Shown in pieces: positions 48,398-59,310 of a stretch of 64,000 nt of DNA. A program made the position numbers and the translations under genes. This DNA is from Candidatus Woesearchaeota archaeon (GTDB lineage: Archaea > Nanobdellota > Nanobdellia > Woesearchaeales > SKIA01). Every line of letters begins with the position of its first letter. Position 1 is the stretch's first letter. Where the stretch lies: contig JBJKRI010000006.1 of the NCBI GenBank assembly GCA_046704725.1, forward strand, positions 1-64,000. The letters are read 5' to 3'. Under the pieces are notes generated by a model, which did no database searches, was not told the origin of the DNA, and worked only from the letters and a program-made list of their open reading frames with translations.

Positions 48398-48799
48398 ATG
48401 AAGATCACACGAAACGATACGATACAAGAGAACGACGGACCCAGCGATTGGTTCACCGGAGAAGTCAAGGTCAAGATGCTGTTCGCCGCAGAGGACCCCG
48501 CAAGAGGCGCGGGAGCGAGCGTGGCATTCTCGCCGAAAGCACGGACAGCATGGCACACCCACCCCCTCGGACAGACCCTCATCATCACAGAAGGGCACGG
48601 TCTTGTGCAGCGCTGGGGAGGACCGATCGAGAGGATCGAACCCGGGGACGTGGTCTGGTTCCCGCCCGGAGAGAAGCACTGGCACGGAGCGGCGTCGGAC
48701 AGCGCGATGACGCACATCGCGATCCAGGAACGGCTCGACGGCAAGTCGGTCGACTGGCTCGAGCACGTGACCGACGAGCAATACGGCGCGAAAGAGTGA
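48398..48799 (+). CDS. Cupin domain protein
   Basis: [25 protein letters not shown]. Confidence 0.92.
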   Translation: MKITRNDTIQENDGPSDWFTGEVKVKMLFAAEDPARGAGASVAFSPKARTAWHTHPLGQTLIITEGHGLVQRWGGPIERIEPGDVVWFPPGEKHWHGAASDSAMTHIAIQERLDGKSVDWLEHVTDEQYGAKE

Positions 48800-48863
48800 A
48801 GCGCCGACAACAGCTGTTCAGCGACCGTACAGGCAGAACCCAGCAAGGGACAACGAAGCGGGT

Positions 48864-49391
48864 TCAGCCATGCGTGAAGGGGACCGGTCCGCTCCAGCGA
48901 CCGTCCTCTTTCTCACGAAGATAGATAGTGTCGATGGGGAACTCCGTTCCAACAAGCCCGCCGAGGCGTTCCATCCGATCATCCACCGGGCCCGCGACGA
49001 TGTGCGGACGGTACCTGTCAAAGAAGACGATGTTCGAGAAGCTCCCTGCGATGAGCAGGTGAAGCGCCAGCCGCTGCCGCCAGGCATGCAGGTCCTCACC
49101 TTCAAGCGTGAGCGCCGCCAAGTCCTCGCGCGGTCCGAAACGCTCGACGCCAGTTATGCGCGCGCGTACGGGAAGCTCTTGCACATGCTCCCCTAGGATA
49201 GAACGCACTTCGTGAGGGGTTGAGACGAGATACGGTTGGCGCAGGAGCGTGATATGAAAACCGATGCCATCCGGCGTATAGCCGAGCGCGCCCAACTGGC
49301 CCCCCAACGGAGGTGCCGTGTATACCAGGAAATCCGCCTCCTCGTCCAGGACGCTCCGTGCCAAGGGACCGCTGCATGGATTGATGCGCAT
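48864..49391 (-). CDS. 2H-phosphoesterase-like protein
   Basis: FHITL and RPHIV (second HxT degenerate). Confidence 0.65.
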   Translation of the reverse strand: MRINPCSGPLARSVLDEEADFLVYTAPPLGGQLGALGYTPDGIGFHITLLRQPYLVSTPHEVRSILGEHVQELPVRARITGVERFGPREDLAALTLEGEDLHAWRQRLALHLLIAGSFSNIVFFDRYRPHIVAGPVDDRMERLGGLVGTEFPIDTIYLREKEDGRWSGPVPFTHG

Positions 49392-49422
49392 ATGGATGGA
49401 GAACGACGCGTCCTATATGAAA

Positions 49423-50031
49423 CTACACTCCGACGCCGATGCTCGCCAAATAGCCCGTGACGCCGTTGAAGATGAACTGCGCCGCGATGACGAGCACGAT
49501 GAGGCCGAGGATGCGCTCTGCGATGTTCGCGCCGTTCTCGCCGAGCACGTTGCTCAGAACGCTCGAGAAGCGCAGGAACAGCCAGCTCACGATGGCGACG
49601 AGCACGATGGCGACACCGATGAAGACGTACGACGAGAGGGACGCCGATTGGGCGAGGACGAGCGTGGCGGCCATGGAGCCGGGGCCCGCCAATAGCGGGA
49701 TGGCCACAGGGATGATGGCCACGTCATTCGAGGGTTTTTCCATGCCCTTGTAGAAGTCCTTGGAGAGCATGGAAAAGGCGATCTTGCCGAGGTACAGTCC
49801 GCCGGCAACGCGGAAGGCGTAGATGGTCACGCTGAAGAAATGCATGAGGGCCTGGCCGAGGACCAAGAAGATGAGGAGCGTGACCGCGAACGCTATTGCC
49901 GCGGTGTAGGCGAGGCGGTACTTGCGCTTTTTCGCCTCGTGCGCGGTGAGCCCGTCGAAGACGAAGGCAGCGCTGATCGGATTGACGATGGGAAACAGCG
50001 TTCCGAAGGCGACGAGGATCTCGGCGATCAT
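49423..50031 (-). CDS. MarC-family membrane protein
   Basis: IVNPI, FRVAGG, PVAIPLLAGPG, RILGLIV. Confidence 0.93.
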   Translation of the reverse strand: MIAEILVAFGTLFPIVNPISAAFVFDGLTAHEAKKRKYRLAYTAAIAFAVTLLIFLVLGQALMHFFSVTIYAFRVAGGLYLGKIAFSMLSKDFYKGMEKPSNDVAIIPVAIPLLAGPGSMAATLVLAQSASLSSYVFIGVAIVLVAIVSWLFLRFSSVLSNVLGENGANIAERILGLIVLVIAAQFIFNGVTGYLASIGVGV

Positions 50032-50156
50032 GCCTCGTTCCCGGAGAGGTTGTTTTTAAGGGTTGGGGAGCTGAAAAATTTCTCACGCGGTCGCAAAATA
50101 TTCGACCGGACAGACACGGGCGCAAGGGTTAGAAGCGAGTGCAGCATCGACCCTTT

Positions 50157-51041
50157 ATGAGCTTTCGCTTGCGGTTCGAACCTGGCGTCCAGCGAGCGTT
50201 CCTCATGGAGGCACGAGAAAGGCTCGAAGGGAGCTGGAAGGACCTGGCGGAATCCATCGGCGTGGACGCCGGGTCTATGCAGGAGTGGAAAGAGGAGCGG
50301 CAGCCCTTGCCGGAGATTGCGTACCAGCGGCTCAAATGGGACCGCAGCTATGATGCGTATATCCAGGAGGTGCTACGAGCGGCAGGCACGCAACGGCACC
50401 TGCGGATGCCGGAGAAGTCCGCGGAGCTCGCGGAGTTCATGGGAGCGATCATGGGGGACGGGAACATCAGCCGCATCCGTGGCAAACCGAAGGTCGTCTG
50501 CTACGAGGTCAGAATCGCGGGGCACGGCGAGCTCGATTACGACTATCTCAAACGCCATCTCGGAGGTATTGCGTCACGGCTGTTCGGTCTTGCAGGCAAG
50601 ATGCGGTTCCACCACAGCAAGGATCACAACTGCGTATACCTGACTTTCTCGAGCAAGGATCTCGTGGAATTCCTCGAGCAGATGGGCGCGCCCGTCGGCA
50701 ACAAGATGGAACAATTTCTCGAGATACCTGACTGGGTGATCGCGGAGGATGCATTCCTCCGCGCGTACATCCGCGGCCTCTTCGACACGGACGGGAGCGT
50801 CTTCCGCATGTCCAACAAAGACCCACAACTATTGCGGATTGGCTTAACATCGTACAACCACAGCCTGATATACGATGTTCGGGCAGCGCTGCGCAATCTC
50901 GGATTCCACCCGTCAAAACCGACGAATCATGAGCGCAGGATCTATCTCTCGCGGAAAGCGGACGTACGAAAGTATTTAAAAGAAATCGGGTTCGCCAATG
51001 ACAAGCACAAGCGAAGGCTTGCGCAGTTCACAGCCCCGTAG
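50157..51041 (+). CDS. Free-standing double-motif LAGLIDADG protein with N-terminal HTH
   Basis: SWKDLAESIGV...MQEW; LAEFMGAIMGDG; RAYIRGLFDTDG; IGF.N.KH; stop codon lies inside tRNA-Gln. Confidence 0.88.
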   Translation: MSFRLRFEPGVQRAFLMEARERLEGSWKDLAESIGVDAGSMQEWKEERQPLPEIAYQRLKWDRSYDAYIQEVLRAAGTQRHLRMPEKSAELAEFMGAIMGDGNISRIRGKPKVVCYEVRIAGHGELDYDYLKRHLGGIASRLFGLAGKMRFHHSKDHNCVYLTFSSKDLVEFLEQMGAPVGNKMEQFLEIPDWVIAEDAFLRAYIRGLFDTDGSVFRMSNKDPQLLRIGLTSYNHSLIYDVRAALRNLGFHPSKPTNHERRIYLSRKADVRKYLKEIGFANDKHKRRLAQFTAP

Positions 51042-51135
51042 TGTAGAGGCCAAATAGTCGTGCCTTCAATGGACACTAGGTAAATCATCTTCGGCCCTGG
51101 ACCGAAGGACCGCGGTTCGAATCCGCGCGGGGCTA
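51032..51135 (+). tRNA. tRNA-Gln(CUG) with about 30-nt D-loop intron (about 51054-51083) and C at position 33
   Basis: Acceptor stem and T-arm identical to tRNA-Gln(UUG); 104 vs 73 nt; TTCGG-CCCTGGA-CCGAA; T-tract follows. Confidence 0.88.
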
Positions 51136-51178
51136 TTTTTCGAAAGCCATTTCAATAGACTATGCGGACAGAAAGCCC

Positions 51179-51760
51179 GTGATAACGATCGGCGGCTCGT
51201 TGACCGTCGTGCTCGCGTGCTGGATCGTCATGGGACTCTACTGGGCGGTATCGGCGATCTTCGCCAAGAAGGCCGTCACCAAGCGGGACTGGCGGATCGC
51301 CATCCTCTGGCGGGTCGTGCTCATCGCGGCTGTCATCGTCTTCGTCGCTTCGGACAAGTCCGGCGCGATCGCGTTTTTCGACGCGGTCCTGAGCAGCGCA
51401 TACGCATCGCCCATCGTCGGCTCCATACTCACCGTGATCGGTGTTATCGGGGCGTTGTGGTCGCGCACCGTGCTCGGAAGGAACTGGAGCGGCTATGCGA
51501 CCTACAAGGAAGGGCACGAACTGGTGACGAGCGGTCCGTACCGCATCGTGCGCCACCCGATGTACCTGAGCATCATCCTGATGCTCATCGGCACCATCGT
51601 GTACTACGGCTCGCTTCTCATCCTCGTGGCGCTCGTCGGTTTCACCATCATGTTCGTGCGGCGCATCCACAAGGAGGACGCGTACATGCAGCAGCTCTTC
51701 GGCAAGCGTTTCGAGAGGTACGCGCAAAGCACTCGCGCATTGATCCCGTGGGTGTGGTGA
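51179..51760 (+). CDS. Isoprenylcysteine carboxyl methyltransferase / PEMT-family membrane protein
   Basis: HELVTSGPYRIVRHPMY, FG..FERY, LIP. Confidence 0.92.
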   Translation: MITIGGSLTVVLACWIVMGLYWAVSAIFAKKAVTKRDWRIAILWRVVLIAAVIVFVASDKSGAIAFFDAVLSSAYASPIVGSILTVIGVIGALWSRTVLGRNWSGYATYKEGHELVTSGPYRIVRHPMYLSIILMLIGTIVYYGSLLILVALVGFTIMFVRRIHKEDAYMQQLFGKRFERYAQSTRALIPWVW

Positions 51761-51765
51761 GGCGC

Positions 51766-52137
51766 TCAGCGACCATCGACAGGAAGTCGTTTCTCCCGGT
51801 TCCAATACCAGTCGGCATAGAACAGCCCCGAGACGAGGAACGCGGGCCCCGCTATCAGGAACATCCAGCCGAACATGTACGGCTCGAAGCTGCCGGCGAG
51901 AAAGACGATGTACGAGAAGCCGGCGATGAGGAATCCGAAGGCACCGATCACGGGTCGCTTCCAGGCGAGCACGACCACCGCGAGCAATACTAGGTCGGGG
52001 ATGTTGTGGATGAGGAGGGCGAGCACCGCTTCCCAACCAGTGGCGGTCGAGAAGACGTCGAAGGAGAACAAGGCGAGAAAGCCCACGAAGAGCAGCGCGA
52101 GGATGCGCGGCGTCCAGAACAGCCAGGGCTTTTCCAT
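51766..52137 (-). CDS. Small 4-TM membrane protein
   Basis: WTPRIL...FSFDVF...HNIP. Confidence 0.72.
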   Translation of the reverse strand: MEKPWLFWTPRILALLFVGFLALFSFDVFSTATGWEAVLALLIHNIPDLVLLAVVVLAWKRPVIGAFGFLIAGFSYIVFLAGSFEPYMFGWMFLIAGPAFLVSGLFYADWYWNREKRLPVDGR

Positions 52138-52229
52138 GCGGGATACATGTATCCGCTCCAAATAAGCCTGTCGCCTCGCCCGTATGTGCAACACAAGCAC
52201 CTATATAGTCGCTGCAGGGAGAAAAACCG

Positions 52230-53531
52230 ATGGGTGAGAAGATCGGATTCTGGTCCGCCACCGCCATCGGCATCGGCGGCATGGTCGGCGGAGGCATCTT
52301 CGCAGTATTGGGCCTCGCAGCAGGACTCGGCCACGGCGGGACGCCCGTCGCGTTCCTGGTCGCAGGGCTTGTCGCTCTCATCACCTCGTACTCGTACGCG
52401 CATCTTTCCGTGAAATACCCGTCAGAGGGCGGGACGGTCGCGTTCCTCAACCGCGCCTTCGGCAAAGGACCACTCACGGGCGGGCTCAACGTATTGCTCT
52501 TCTTGAGCTATGTCGTCATGCTCTCGCTCTACGCCTACGCGCTGGGAAGCTACGGGAGCGCATTCCTCCCGGAAGCGTACCGGGCGTTCGGAAAGCACCT
52601 CATCATCACGGGGAGCGTGCTCGCGCTCATGCTCGTGAACGTCCTGCAGGCCAACGTCGTCGGACACGTGGAGAAGATCATCGTGGGATTCAAGCTCACC
52701 ATACTCTCCTTGTTCATCGTCGTGGGCATCTGGGGGGTGCACACGGCCAAGCTCGCCGTCTCGAACTGGCCGTCGACGACGATGCTCCTCGCCGGGGGCA
52801 TGATCATCTTCTTGGCGTACGAGGGATTCGAGCTCATCGCGAACACCGCCAAAGACATCAAGGACCCGTCGAAGACGCTCCCACGCGCATACTACGCGTC
52901 GGTCATCAGCGTCATCGTCTTGTACGTGCTCATCGCGGCCATCACTGTCGGCACGCTCAGCCCATCAGCGATCGCCGCGGCGAAAGACTACGCGCTCGCG
53001 GCGGTCGCGCAGGGATTCCTCGGACAGACCGGCTTCATCCTCATCGGCATCGCCGCCATCCTCTCCACGGCGTCCGCGATCAACGCGACATTGTACGGGG
53101 CGTGCCGGATCAGCTACACCATCGCGAAGGACGGCCAGCTCCCACACGACCTGCAACGCAAGGTCTGGAAGCGACCCATCGAGGGATTGTTCATCTCGAC
53201 TGCCGTGACGATCATCGTCGCGAACTTCTTCAACCTCTCGCGCATCTCCTTGATGGGAAGCGCGGGCTTTCTCATCGTTTTCGCCGCGGTGAACTGGGCG
53301 AACGCGCGGCTCGCGCACGAGACTGGCAGCCGCCGGTGGGTCGCGATCACCGGGGCGCTGCTGTGCCTTGCCGCCTTCGGCTCGCTCACGTGGTATGTCG
53401 TGAACAACAGCCCTGGCGAACTGTGGTTCCTCGGAGGATTGGTGGCGGTATCGTTCCTCATCGAGCTCACCTACCGCTCCTTCGGACGCGGCCTTGTGTC
53501 GAGCAAGCCGGGCGCGCTGCAGCGCGAATGA
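52230..53531 (+). CDS. APC-superfamily amino acid permease
   Basis: GGMVGGGIF, YPSEGG, AYEGFE; about 12 TM helices. Confidence 0.94.
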   Translation: MGEKIGFWSATAIGIGGMVGGGIFAVLGLAAGLGHGGTPVAFLVAGLVALITSYSYAHLSVKYPSEGGTVAFLNRAFGKGPLTGGLNVLLFLSYVVMLSLYAYALGSYGSAFLPEAYRAFGKHLIITGSVLALMLVNVLQANVVGHVEKIIVGFKLTILSLFIVVGIWGVHTAKLAVSNWPSTTMLLAGGMIIFLAYEGFELIANTAKDIKDPSKTLPRAYYASVISVIVLYVLIAAITVGTLSPSAIAAAKDYALAAVAQGFLGQTGFILIGIAAILSTASAINATLYGACRISYTIAKDGQLPHDLQRKVWKRPIEGLFISTAVTIIVANFFNLSRISLMGSAGFLIVFAAVNWANARLAHETGSRRWVAITGALLCLAAFGSLTWYVVNNSPGELWFLGGLVAVSFLIELTYRSFGRGLVSSKPGALQRE

Positions 53532-53566
53532 AAGCGTAGTACGTACTGCGACAGATATTCCGCAAG

Positions 53567-54421
53567 ATGGGCGAAAAGCAGATGAAGCGGAACGAACTCC
53601 ACCACGGTATGGGGGACGACCCAGAAAAGCTAGCTGCCACCTTGCTGGACACGCCATTCGAACGGCTGGCCGGAGGCCGTAGCCGCTGGACGTATGCGGA
53701 TACTGATCGCGTCGCGACCATCGGACACGAGGACTTCTGTGTGCGGGCCGCAGTAGCGAGCATTCTGAGCGCGAACGGAATCCCGACGCCCAAGGTAGTC
53801 GCATACGGAGAACGTGACGGTCTCGGATTCCTCGTCACGACGAGAGTGGATGGCGCATTGATCCCCGAAGGAACGTCGCCGACCAGAAACGAGCAATACG
53901 CGGCAGGAGAACTCCTTCGACGCATCCATGGGGTTGCTGTGCAGGGGTATGGACCATTGAACGCGCGTCTTATCGGCCGGCAGCGCACATGGGAAGAAGC
54001 GTTCCAAGCGTATCGCACGGACTCGATCGAAACAGTACGGCAATCGGGGCATGACGAGATCGCCGACGAGCTCGGAGTTGCCACGGAACGCCCCGTCCAG
54101 CCCTGGACGAGTACGTTGCTTCACGGGGACTATCACATCCGTAATATCCTGTTCAACCACGAAAATCCAGCGATCATCGATCTTGAGCGCGTCATGGCAG
54201 GGCACCCGGCATGGGACGTGGCGTACTATCAACACACCTCCGGCGGCACGGACAAATATTTTTCCCTCGGCTATGGAACGATGCCCGCAGAAGAACAGGT
54301 GCTCATGTGCGCTGCGGTCCTCTGGGGAAAGAAGCTCGGCGTGCAGACACGCACACGTCCTGAGCTAGCTCGCCGGACAAGAAGCGTTCTCCTGGGGATA
54401 CTTGAGCGGCTCAGGACGTAG
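53567..54421 (+). CDS. APH/choline-kinase-family phosphotransferase
   Basis: IPTPKV, LRRIH, HGDYHIRN, IIDLE, WD. Confidence 0.88.
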   Translation: MGEKQMKRNELHHGMGDDPEKLAATLLDTPFERLAGGRSRWTYADTDRVATIGHEDFCVRAAVASILSANGIPTPKVVAYGERDGLGFLVTTRVDGALIPEGTSPTRNEQYAAGELLRRIHGVAVQGYGPLNARLIGRQRTWEEAFQAYRTDSIETVRQSGHDEIADELGVATERPVQPWTSTLLHGDYHIRNILFNHENPAIIDLERVMAGHPAWDVAYYQHTSGGTDKYFSLGYGTMPAEEQVLMCAAVLWGKKLGVQTRTRPELARRTRSVLLGILERLRT

Positions 54422-54995
54422 GCACATTAAGGGAAACGCATACGACACCCTCCCGACCATCGTCGAGAAGGAAGTGCGAAATCGCGCCGTGATCCACGCG
54501 CAGCCTAAATATCGCGCGCTCGATGGATAGATCGAGGAGCACGGAGAACAGGACCTTGAGGAACGCTCCATGGGAGACCACGACTACATCCCCATCAGTC
54601 GCTCGAAGCGCATCCAGGAAAGCGCGGGCACGACGCTCGACATCGAGGAGGCTCTCCCCGCCGGGCGGTCGTCGGGAGAGCACGTCCGACCCCAGCGATT
54701 CCCATTCCGCATCCGTCACGTGACGGCCTTCCCACTCCCCGCCTTCCTTTTCGCGCGCGAGAGCGGAATCGACGAGCGGGATCCCTAATGAATCGCTGAT
54801 TGCACGCGCCGCGTTACGACAGCGCGGAAGAGGACTTGTGAAAACGCGGTCGATTTTTCGGCCGGAGCACCAATCAACGAGCGCCACGGATTGCTCGCGG
54901 CCACTAGGAGAAAGATGCTCCTGATGAGAACGCTGGAGCACACGTTTCTTGTTGTCGACCGTTTCCGGATGCCTGACGAAATAGACGTGGCGCAT
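54411..54995 (-). CDS. Histidine phosphatase family protein
   Basis: FVRHPET, TSPL.R, PPGGES, VSHG. Confidence 0.92.
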   Translation of the reverse strand: MRHVYFVRHPETVDNKKRVLQRSHQEHLSPSGREQSVALVDWCSGRKIDRVFTSPLPRCRNAARAISDSLGIPLVDSALAREKEGGEWEGRHVTDAEWESLGSDVLSRRPPGGESLLDVERRARAFLDALRATDGDVVVVSHGAFLKVLFSVLLDLSIERAIFRLRVDHGAISHFLLDDGREGVVCVSLNVPTS

Positions 54996-55022
54996 CGATG
55001 ATTAGGGGGTCCTTGCTGGACC

Positions 55023-55450
55023 TTAAATCTGTCTGTTTGCTGCCTTAGCACCACCCGACAGGGCGGCACGCGCCACCTTGGTGTACCGGCTTTCAAGTGC
55101 CGGATTGTTCGCGATGTAGCGTAGCGTGGAGGGACTGACGCGCGCATGACGCCCGATGACCCGGAGGAGGTACCTATTCGCCGGCGCGGACGCGACTCGC
55201 GCGAGGCGGTCAAGAATACCGGAACTGCACAGAGGACTCGCGAGGATAGACCCGATGACCGCCCACTCGGAGCTTTGACAGAGCTGTTCCGCTAGGCGCT
55301 CGAATCCTTCCGCGTCGCCCGCTCGACTGCAACCCCACAGTGCCGCGATCTGCACCAGTCGGTCGTCGGTGAGGTCTACATCGGCATATGAGCCATCAAG
55401 CGCTGCGCGAATCCTCGGAATCGGGGCTCCCGCCCGCCTCAGAGAAGCGG
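55023..55450 (-). pseudogene. Probable 3' fragment of a helical protein gene lacking a clear start
   Basis: Frame is open well upstream of GTG 55355 without an in-frame start codon; no promoter space. Confidence 0.4.
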
Positions 55451-55852
55451 TCAGCGCAACATCAGCAGCACGCCGGAATACGTCGCCTCCACCTCGTTCT
55501 TCATGTTCGAGCCTTTGCGGAATTCGCCCTCGTACGCCTGCATCTGGCCGCCGAGAGTGGTCAATACCCCGCCCGAGACGCGGTAGACGACCTTGTACTG
55601 GACAGGAGCCGCCTGCGACGACGGCGTAGGCTGCGTGACGGTCTTGGGCGTGGAGGCTGGAGCGAAAAGACCGTTATCCACATGGAATACCGCGACGGCC
55701 ACGAAGGCGACGACGAGCAAGGCGACTACGATGAAGACGATGAGTCCGAGATGGCCCTTGCGCTTCTCGGGGGGAGCCGTTTCTGGAACCGGTGCGGCTT
55801 CCGTTGCTGCCTGTTCCTGCGCGACGGGCTGCGCATCCGTCGATACGTCCAT
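55451..55852 (-). CDS. Membrane-anchored protein, possibly C-terminally truncated
   Basis: Acidic N-terminus, TM, P/T linker, short beta-rich segment ending abruptly; TTTATAA upstream. Confidence 0.6.
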   Translation of the reverse strand: MDVSTDAQPVAQEQAATEAAPVPETAPPEKRKGHLGLIVFIVVALLVVAFVAVAVFHVDNGLFAPASTPKTVTQPTPSSQAAPVQYKVVYRVSGGVLTTLGGQMQAYEGEFRKGSNMKNEVEATYSGVLLMLR

Positions 55853-55918
55853 AATAGGACCTTTCCCGGATGGGGGAGTTATAAATGTTCGTCTTTACGT
55901 CGAAAGCGCGACAAGAGC

Positions 55919-56470
55919 CTATCCTCCGCGAAAACCCGTCGCTACCACGTACATCTCCTTGCTCGAGCTGCGCGAAGTCGGCGGCTTGGTCGTCTTCACG
56001 AAGGAGAAGTGCGGCCTGACGTGCGATAAGAACTCCTCGAAGTCCGGCCCCTGGAAGATCTTGCACACGAAGTTGCCGCCCGGGCGCAGACGCTGTTTCG
56101 CGATCTCCAAGACGCGCTCGGAGAGCAGGTAGGACAGGTACTGGTCGCGGGCGTTGCCAGCCGTGTTCACCATAGCGTCGGACAAGACGACGTCCGCAGC
56201 GGGCAGCCGCTCGAGGACGCTGTCGTCGAACAAATCGCCCTGGATGAAGGTGACGTTATCGACAGGAAGTTGCGGCTTGAGGTCCACGGCGGTCACCGGA
56301 GCGTATCGCGCGGCGACAAGGCTCCAACCCCCAGGCCAGCTGCCGAGATCAAGGATGCCCCTCGCCTTGGAGAGCAGGCTGTACTTCTTGTCGAGCTCCT
56401 TGAGCTTGTAGGCGCTGCGCGCGCGGAGTCCCTCACGCTTGGCCCGGTCGGTCGCTTTGCGGCTGCGCAT
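55919..56470 (-). CDS. rlmE: 23S rRNA 2'-O-methyltransferase RlmE/FtsJ
   Basis: RARSAYKL, DLGSWPGGWS, VLSD, CKIFQG, SKEMY (K-D-K-E). Confidence 0.93.
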   Translation of the reverse strand: MRSRKATDRAKREGLRARSAYKLKELDKKYSLLSKARGILDLGSWPGGWSLVAARYAPVTAVDLKPQLPVDNVTFIQGDLFDDSVLERLPAADVVLSDAMVNTAGNARDQYLSYLLSERVLEIAKQRLRPGGNFVCKIFQGPDFEEFLSHVRPHFSFVKTTKPPTSRSSSKEMYVVATGFRGG

Positions 56471-56644
56471 ACGCCAGAGAATCCTGCACGCTTCTTGAAA
56501 CTACCGCGCGATACAGTTAAATCGACCGGTAACATCCCCTCCAAAGTGGTACTCAATCCCGGACTGCGCTCCAAAAAGGCGCACGAGCTGCTCTATTGCC
56601 TCGAACCCCTGCTCTCGCAGCAGCCATACACAGGCAGGAGGATC

Positions 56645-57091
56645 ATGTGGAACGTTATCCACCGGACATCGACGGATTTCGACCTCATCCTGCAAGAGCG
56701 GTTCAGGAACACCACCTATCAGGCTCTGTGGCAGTACCGGTTCGATCTGGACCTCACCGAAGAAACCGATCTCTGGGACGCGCTCACGATCACCGTGCAC
56801 ACGGGACGCGAGGCGATCTTCGCCCAGTACACCCACCTGGACAGCGACCAGCATTATGAGAAGCTCGAAGCGCGCGTCGGGACGAGCCGCCTGCGCCCGA
56901 TCAGCCACGCGCAAGACCTGACGCCCGCCAGCGTGCGCAATTCCGTGCGCATCCCGTCGATCCGCCATGCATTCGACCATTGGATGTCGGATGACGCGGT
57001 CGACGAGCGTATCAATGGCTGGGTGTCGCATCTGAGCGCATACGCCAGACGAGGACAGACGGCGTACTTACTTGCGCTCGAACGACGGTAA
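56645..57091 (+). CDS. Hypothetical protein
   Basis: AGGAGG before ATG 56645; alternative GTG start at 56546. Confidence 0.55.
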   Translation: MWNVIHRTSTDFDLILQERFRNTTYQALWQYRFDLDLTEETDLWDALTITVHTGREAIFAQYTHLDSDQHYEKLEARVGTSRLRPISHAQDLTPASVRNSVRIPSIRHAFDHWMSDDAVDERINGWVSHLSAYARRGQTAYLLALERR

Positions 57092-57161
57092 AGAAACCAA
57101 CGCTTAAATACCGACCTTCGCTCCGAAATACGGTACGTCTTCTCCAGGACTTCCGCAGACA

Positions 57162-58382
<1,221 letters not shown>

Positions 58383-58422
58383 ATAAAGCGATTACGGCCA
58401 GACGAGCGCCGCGACACGCAGC

Positions 58423-58430
58423 TTTATATA
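58423..58430 (+). promoter_or_regulatory. Putative TATA box of the cold-shock gene
   Basis: TTTATATA about 90 nt upstream of the ATG, implying a long leader. Confidence 0.5.
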
Positions 58431-58521
58431 CCCAAGGGTCCTCCCCGGCATACCATCAACGTACCGTAACCGTTCACGATTCTTCGTACCAGTTACCGAG
58501 TACCGTTCGAGGAGGAACAAC

Positions 58522-58728
58522 ATGAAAACCGGAACAGTGAAATTCTTCTACAGCACGAAGAACTTCGGATTCGTCAAGGAAGACGACAATGAAGGAGTCG
58601 AGTACTTCTTCCACGGCAGCACCGTCCAAGGACCCGCCGTCAGCGACGGCGACAAGGTCTCGTTCGAGACCGAGCAGTCCGACCGCGGTCCACGCGCGGT
58701 GAACGTCAAGAAGGCGGACGCCGAGTAA
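58522..58728 (+). CDS. Cold-shock domain protein (CspA family)
   Basis: GTVKFF, KNFGFV, YFFH, GDKVSF, GPRAVNV; GGAGG SD. Confidence 0.96.
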   Translation: MKTGTVKFFYSTKNFGFVKEDDNEGVEYFFHGSTVQGPAVSDGDKVSFETEQSDRGPRAVNVKKADAE

Positions 58729-58730
58729 GA

Positions 58731-58766
58731 GCGGCGCAAGCCGCCCATTTTCTTTTTCATTTCTTT
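58731..58766 (+). terminator. Hairpin plus T-tract terminator
   Basis: GCGGC-GCAA-GCCGC followed by TTTTCTTTTTCATTTCTTT. Confidence 0.7.
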
Positions 58767-58785
58767 CCACAACACCTAAATTCTG

Positions 58786-59289
58786 ATGCCGTCTCGCGCT
58801 GGTATGCGATCCGCCAGGCCATGCAGATGGCGTTTGTACTCTACCGTATTCGCGGCAGGAGTCGCGCTCGGAGCCATCGGAACAACGCTCGTCCGACCGC
58901 GCGTGGAAGGGCGTATCGTGGCGCGTATCCCCTTCGAGAACTACACCATCACATTGACGCAACAGGCGTTCGACCCGCACAGCATCCAGGACACCGCTGG
59001 AAAGCACCTGCGGATGCGTTCGAACGAGGTGGACGTCGCGTTCCGCGACGGACGCGACATCCGTTGCTATCGGAGCGCTGCATTCCCGTTCTTCTCCGAC
59101 TCGATCCCCGAGGATTATGACCGGGTGGACTTCAGTTATACGAGCAGCGCCCACGGCAAGCAGACCATCGAAGTCACGCCCGATATCGCGCTGAGAGAAA
59201 TGGTCGAGCAGCCGTATCTGCGATGGGAAAGCATGTGCGAAGAAGGGGTCAATCTCCTGGGCAAGATCAGCAAGGAGCTTCTAAAATAG
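58786..59289 (+). CDS. Hypothetical membrane-anchored protein
   Basis: One hydrophobic N-terminal segment; gap-filling ORF. Confidence 0.55.
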   Translation: MPSRAGMRSARPCRWRLYSTVFAAGVALGAIGTTLVRPRVEGRIVARIPFENYTITLTQQAFDPHSIQDTAGKHLRMRSNEVDVAFRDGRDIRCYRSAAFPFFSDSIPEDYDRVDFSYTSSAHGKQTIEVTPDIALREMVEQPYLRWESMCEEGVNLLGKISKELLK

Positions 59290-59310
59290 AAAAAAAAAGA
59301 AAATGCGGTC

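Noticed and set aside
32599-51135. Identical tRNA-Gln 3' ends as attL/attR of a roughly 18-kb island
   Set aside because: Both are complete tRNAs with different anticodons, no integrase is present, and the interval holds another tRNA and host-like genes.
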